Origin: a virus
Lineage: Duplodnaviria; Caudoviricetes
Length of the DNA: 27,383 nt
Virus record (IMG/VR): IMGVR_UViG_3300022178_004253
Location: 1 to 27,383 of that record
Strand: one strand, 5' to 3'
The position numbers were made by a program, and so were the translations under genes. Each line of letters starts with the position of its first letter. The stretch's first letter is position 1. Below the pieces are notes generated by a model. The model saw only the letters and a program-made list of their open reading frames with translations, did not search any database and was not told the origin of the DNA. This document shows positions 24,581 through 27,383 of this stretch, piece by piece.

Positions 24581-24967
24581 TTACTCGCAAATATCAGTTG
24601 TTAAAATGTTGCGTCCGTCTGTCCATAGGGTTTCTATCTCTTGGTTATCTAAGTTGTCGCTCTCGTTGCGCCCCATCCAATAGGGCTTGATTCTTGGGTT
24701 GAAGCGAACGAAGTCATCGATGTGTGTCTGAGGTATCTTCCTGTCGAGTACTCTTACATTCTCGCAGTCAATCCATGCACAGACCGTCTTGTTTGCTCCT
24801 TCGTTGATCTTCTTGGCTGTCGATGCTTGGTTCCTGAGCTTGCATTTGCTCATCAATAGCGTGACCTCTTCAGGGTCGTAGTACTGCACTTCTTTGGAGT
24901 CAACAAGCTTGACTTGCCACTTCATGAAGTTCTCGCCTTGTGCGAGGTGGAATCTTACTTTGTACAT
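24581..24967 (-). CDS. Conserved phage hypothetical protein
   Basis: MYKVRFHLAQGENFMKWQVK...KTVCAWIDC...FNP; leader CCAAGACA-ATG. Confidence 0.7.
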   Translation of the reverse strand: MYKVRFHLAQGENFMKWQVKLVDSKEVQYYDPEEVTLLMSKCKLRNQASTAKKINEGANKTVCAWIDCENVRVLDRKIPQTHIDDFVRFNPRIKPYWMGRNESDNLDNQEIETLWTDGRNILTTDICE

Positions 24968-24978
24968 TGTCTTGGGGT

Positions 24979-25107
24979 TTATAGTTTAGATGTCCACACT
25001 TCATGTGCGAACTCAATGGCTTCGTTAATTGACTCAGCTTCTTCGCGGTCTATAATGAATCCGTCTTTTGCGTACACTTCTATGATTTGGTCGAGTATGT
25101 CTTTCAT
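24979..25107 (-). CDS. 42-aa microprotein, not in ORF track
   Basis: MKDILDQIIEVYAKDGFIIDREEAESINEAIEFAHEVWTSKL*. Confidence 0.6.
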   Translation of the reverse strand: MKDILDQIIEVYAKDGFIIDREEAESINEAIEFAHEVWTSKL

Positions 25108-25250
25108 GATTCTTTGAGGTATTTCTTGTAGTCATTGATGATTTGAGCGGCTGACTTGTTGTCGTTCATATACTCAGGGCGTTCTCCTGACCAATATGCT
25201 GCTGCTCTTAGGAGTTCGACTCCTGCAAGCGGGTTCTCGTTGTCTTTCAT
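25104..25250 (-). CDS. 48-aa microprotein, not in ORF track
   Basis: MKDNENPLAGVELLRAAAYWSGERPEYMNDNKSAAQIINDYKKYLKES*. Confidence 0.6.
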   Translation of the reverse strand: MKDNENPLAGVELLRAAAYWSGERPEYMNDNKSAAQIINDYKKYLKES

Positions 25251-25254
25251 GGTC

Positions 25255-25497
25255 TTACACTTTTGGGTTTGTATTCATTAGGTAGTCTTCGTATCGGTCT
25301 TGAGAGGTCTTGAAGGTCAGGTCGTGCCAGTCTTCGTATAGTCCATCAAAGGACACTCCCGCTCCTATCTTGTTCTTGATGTCCATCTGCATCAGTTGAT
25401 CGCGGACGATGTTCTTGATGTGTTGGATTGTTTCGTCAGCGTCTTGCCAATCGTTGTCTACTTCGAAGTCGAGTTCGAATTTTATTGTTCCTGTCAT
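25255..25497 (-). CDS. Hypothetical protein
   Basis: Leader AAGAAATC-ATG. Confidence 0.6.
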   Translation of the reverse strand: MTGTIKFELDFEVDNDWQDADETIQHIKNIVRDQLMQMDIKNKIGAGVSFDGLYEDWHDLTFKTSQDRYEDYLMNTNPKV

Positions 25498-25652
25498 GAT
25501 TTCTTTATGATTTTAAATTCGTCTGAAGTGTTCTTGAATATGTACTTGATTTTTCGTAGTGTTTTGTTACACTCTTCGAGTGTTCCCTCGAAGTGCGTTG
25601 TGCCCCACCCCTTGATGACGCTTTGATTGCTCTTGCTTACTATTTGATACAT
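25494..25652 (-). CDS. 52-aa microprotein, not in ORF track
   Basis: MYQIVSKSNQSVIKGWGTTHFEGTLEECNKTLRKIKYIFKNTSDEFKIIKKS*. Confidence 0.6.
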   Translation of the reverse strand: MYQIVSKSNQSVIKGWGTTHFEGTLEECNKTLRKIKYIFKNTSDEFKIIKKS

Positions 25653-25657
25653 GATTT

Positions 25658-25945
25658 CTATTTGTCGTTATTGAATGCTTCGATAAGGTCTTGAGGGAAG
25701 ACTCGCTTGGAGTTTTCGAATATCTCTTCGGTTTCTCTGCCCCAATGGTCTTTGACTAAGTACGTTCCGATGTACTTGATTGATTTGATGTGTGCTTTCT
25801 GAATGAATTGTCCGATGTAGAAGTAGAATTCTCCGTAGGTGAGTTTTAGTTTTGGTATGTACTGAAGTTTGAATCCGTGCGTGCTGTCTACTTTTATGAT
25901 GTAAAACTTACGTGGTTTCTTGAGGGTAAAGTTCTTGTCGCTCAT
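25658..25945 (-). CDS. Basic hypothetical protein
   Basis: Start moved to MSDKNF, 5 nt after the upstream stop. Confidence 0.6.
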   Translation of the reverse strand: MSDKNFTLKKPRKFYIIKVDSTHGFKLQYIPKLKLTYGEFYFYIGQFIQKAHIKSIKYIGTYLVKDHWGRETEEIFENSKRVFPQDLIEAFNNDK

Positions 25946-25950
25946 GGTTT

Positions 25951-26193
25951 CTAGTCGTTGATTTTGTATTGTGTTTTCATTGCTTGGTTCGCATCGGCTA
26001 GTCGCTTGCTGTATTGACTTGCAAGCCACTCGATGTGAGGTGGTGACATTTGGATTTCGTAGCAGTCGCTACGTTCTTCGTTCCATACCCGAAGGCTGAT
26101 ATCGAATCCTGATACTACAGGCTTGAAGCCTTGAAGCGTTAGCTCTTGAGCCGCTTGCTTGGTTGTGATTTGTCGTTCTTTCATCTTTGACAT
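25951..26193 (-). CDS. Hypothetical protein
   Basis: Leader CCAAGAACA-ATG. Confidence 0.6.
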   Translation of the reverse strand: MSKMKERQITTKQAAQELTLQGFKPVVSGFDISLRVWNEERSDCYEIQMSPPHIEWLASQYSKRLADANQAMKTQYKIND

Positions 26194-26203
26194 TGTTCTT
26201 GGT

Positions 26204-26818
26204 TTATTGGTTATTCCATCGGTTGCGGATTGCTACCCAAACGATGGCTTGGAATTCGTAGCCCTTGATGCCAAACTCTTTGGCGACCTTGAGCGTTTCT
26301 TCTTGGATGACTTTGTATTGTAGAGGGGTTATGGTGGATTGTAACTCTTTGCGCTTGTTGCTTCTTGTCTGACAAGCTCGCAAGTGCCATACATCGATGG
26401 TCACGAAGTTTTCATCAAGTTCTCCGACGTTCTTGGCGAAGGCGTAGGTCTTGGGTGACTTTGTCAGTATCTCTTGGTTTCCTCTTGCTATCTCGAAAGC
26501 CTTGAGTTTGTTGGCGTTGTAAGTGCAAACTTTGACCGCGTCGCTTGGTTGGTTGTTGTCGACTGCATCGAGCACCGCTCTTGCATCGATGAGGTTTCGT
26601 TTCCATTTGTTGTTCGGACTTAGTGCGCTGATGACGCCCGCAGTCACTAAGGGTGAAAAGCATTCGCAAGCCAATTCGCTTGCAACATCGTTCGCTCTTG
26701 CGTACCAATTCAATCCGTCTTGGACTTCTTCGTCGCTTGCTTGGTTGTACCAATGGCGAAGGTTTGAGCGGAGAGCCGCTCGCGCCATCGCGTTCTTGGT
26801 TACGTCTGATAAGGTCAT
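26204..26818 (-). CDS. Conserved phage protein with HhH-GPD glycosylase-like motifs (probably DUF7178 family)
   Basis: GLNWY, ISALSPNNKWKRN, PKTYAF, VTIDVWH and EFQAIVW motifs; start MTLSDVT with ATGA overlap. Confidence 0.6.
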   Translation of the reverse strand: MTLSDVTKNAMARAALRSNLRHWYNQASDEEVQDGLNWYARANDVASELACECFSPLVTAGVISALSPNNKWKRNLIDARAVLDAVDNNQPSDAVKVCTYNANKLKAFEIARGNQEILTKSPKTYAFAKNVGELDENFVTIDVWHLRACQTRSNKRKELQSTITPLQYKVIQEETLKVAKEFGIKGYEFQAIVWVAIRNRWNNQ

Positions 26819-26985
26819 TTCTTGTTGAGATTTTGAAGTTCTTGGCTTACGTAATTGCATTGCTCATCAGTCAGGCTTCCGTACTTCTCAATATGAGATG
26901 CCATGAATGATTTTGCTCTTTCTAAATTGCCTTTGCTTACGTGGTATACAACCTTTGGCAGGTATCCGTTTGGATATTTGTTCAT
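26815..26985 (-). CDS. 56-aa microprotein, not in ORF track
   Basis: MNKYPNGYLPKVVYHVSKGNLERAKSFMASHIEKYGSLTDEQCNYVSQELQNLNKK*. Confidence 0.65.
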   Translation of the reverse strand: MNKYPNGYLPKVVYHVSKGNLERAKSFMASHIEKYGSLTDEQCNYVSQELQNLNKK

Positions 26986-27254
26986 GATTTCTTGGGTTTT
27001 AGTTTTCGAGTTTGTCGATAGCCTTGATCAGTGCGACACATTTCTTGTCAAGTTCGTACATTTTGTCGAATGTTGCTCTTTTGTTTGCGCGGTTCTCTTT
27101 TGCTTTTAGCGATTCCTTGTCTTTAATTTCTTGTTCTTCGTCGTCTAATCGACGCCATTCCTTTGCAAAGGCTTGATAGTTTAGTTCGGTATATTTCCAC
27201 TGCGACCTAAGTTCGCAGATTATTTCGTTTTCGAATTTGTTCATGATTTCTTGG
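26976..27254. repeat. Perfect 20-bp direct repeat (26976-26995 / 27235-27254) flanking one gene
   Basis: atttgttcatgatttcttgg twice (minus strand CCAAGAAATC-ATG-AAC-AAA-T). Confidence 0.9.
26999..27244 (-). CDS. Hypothetical coiled-coil protein
   Basis: Start moved to MNKFENE (ATGA overlap, repeated leader). Confidence 0.6.
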   Translation of the reverse strand: MNKFENEIICELRSQWKYTELNYQAFAKEWRRLDDEEQEIKDKESLKAKENRANKRATFDKMYELDKKCVALIKAIDKLEN

Positions 27255-27354
27255 ATTTGAAGATTAATTTGATTGTGTATTCGATTAGTTCCCAAATTGC
27301 CACAACGATTCCGAAGGTGGAAAAAAGGATAAAGGATGTGAGTACGTCTTGCAT
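27241..27354 (-). CDS. 37-aa single-TM microprotein, not in ORF track
   Basis: MQDVLTSFILFSTFGIVVAIWELIEYTIKLIFKSKKS*. Confidence 0.55.
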   Translation of the reverse strand: MQDVLTSFILFSTFGIVVAIWELIEYTIKLIFKSKKS

Positions 27355-27383
27355 ATGTTAAATTTTAGGGCATGGTTTTATAT

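Noticed and set aside
25210-25224. AGGAG-TTCGA-CTCCT hairpin resembling a tRNA T-arm
   Set aside because: The loop is 5 nt rather than 7, I could not fold a cloverleaf around it, and it lies within a coding microORF.
26415-26753. Alternative-frame ORF inside the glycosylase-like gene (also 11527..11805 and 12533..12766)
   Set aside because: Fully nested with R/S/Q-rich off-frame composition; 12533..12766 has no lipobox or signal peptide to suggest an embedded spanin.
21953-27254. Repeats considered as a CRISPR array or integron attC sites
   Set aside because: Repeat sequences differ from pair to pair, spacing is gene-sized and irregular, they are not palindromic, and no cas or integrase gene is present.
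1-27383. Stop-codon reassignment as seen in some Bacteroidota phages
   Set aside because: Long genes are intact in the standard code, and TAA, TAG and TGA all occur as stops at tight gene junctions.

Overview
Internal 27.4-kb segment of a tailed dsDNA phage genome with siphovirus gene order. The host is probably Bacteroidota/Flavobacteriia; this is inferred from the absence of Shine-Dalgarno motifs, A-rich leaders, one TAnnTTTG-type promoter candidate and the gene content. The + strand (1-13269) carries the late module: head-tail connector (partial), head-closure protein with a ~350-aa extension, HK97 gp10-like protein, tail tube, tail assembly chaperone with a -1 frameshift, tape measure, large tail-tip protein, repeat-rich fibre, RCC1-like protein, and lysis genes. 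The - strand (13378-27383) converges on a terminator near 13300 and carries a class II ribonucleotide reductase, metallophosphoesterase, primase-less D5-like helicase, SSB-like and annealase-like proteins and DUF3310. It continues as a dense chain of about 30 tiny translationally coupled genes, at least 11 of them under 60 aa and absent from the ORF track. The most striking unexplained pattern is in 21950-27260: many single small genes are bracketed by their own 10-29 bp direct repeats centred on start codons, resembling a cassette array built by micro-homologous recombination. All family assignments come from motif recognition, not database searches.
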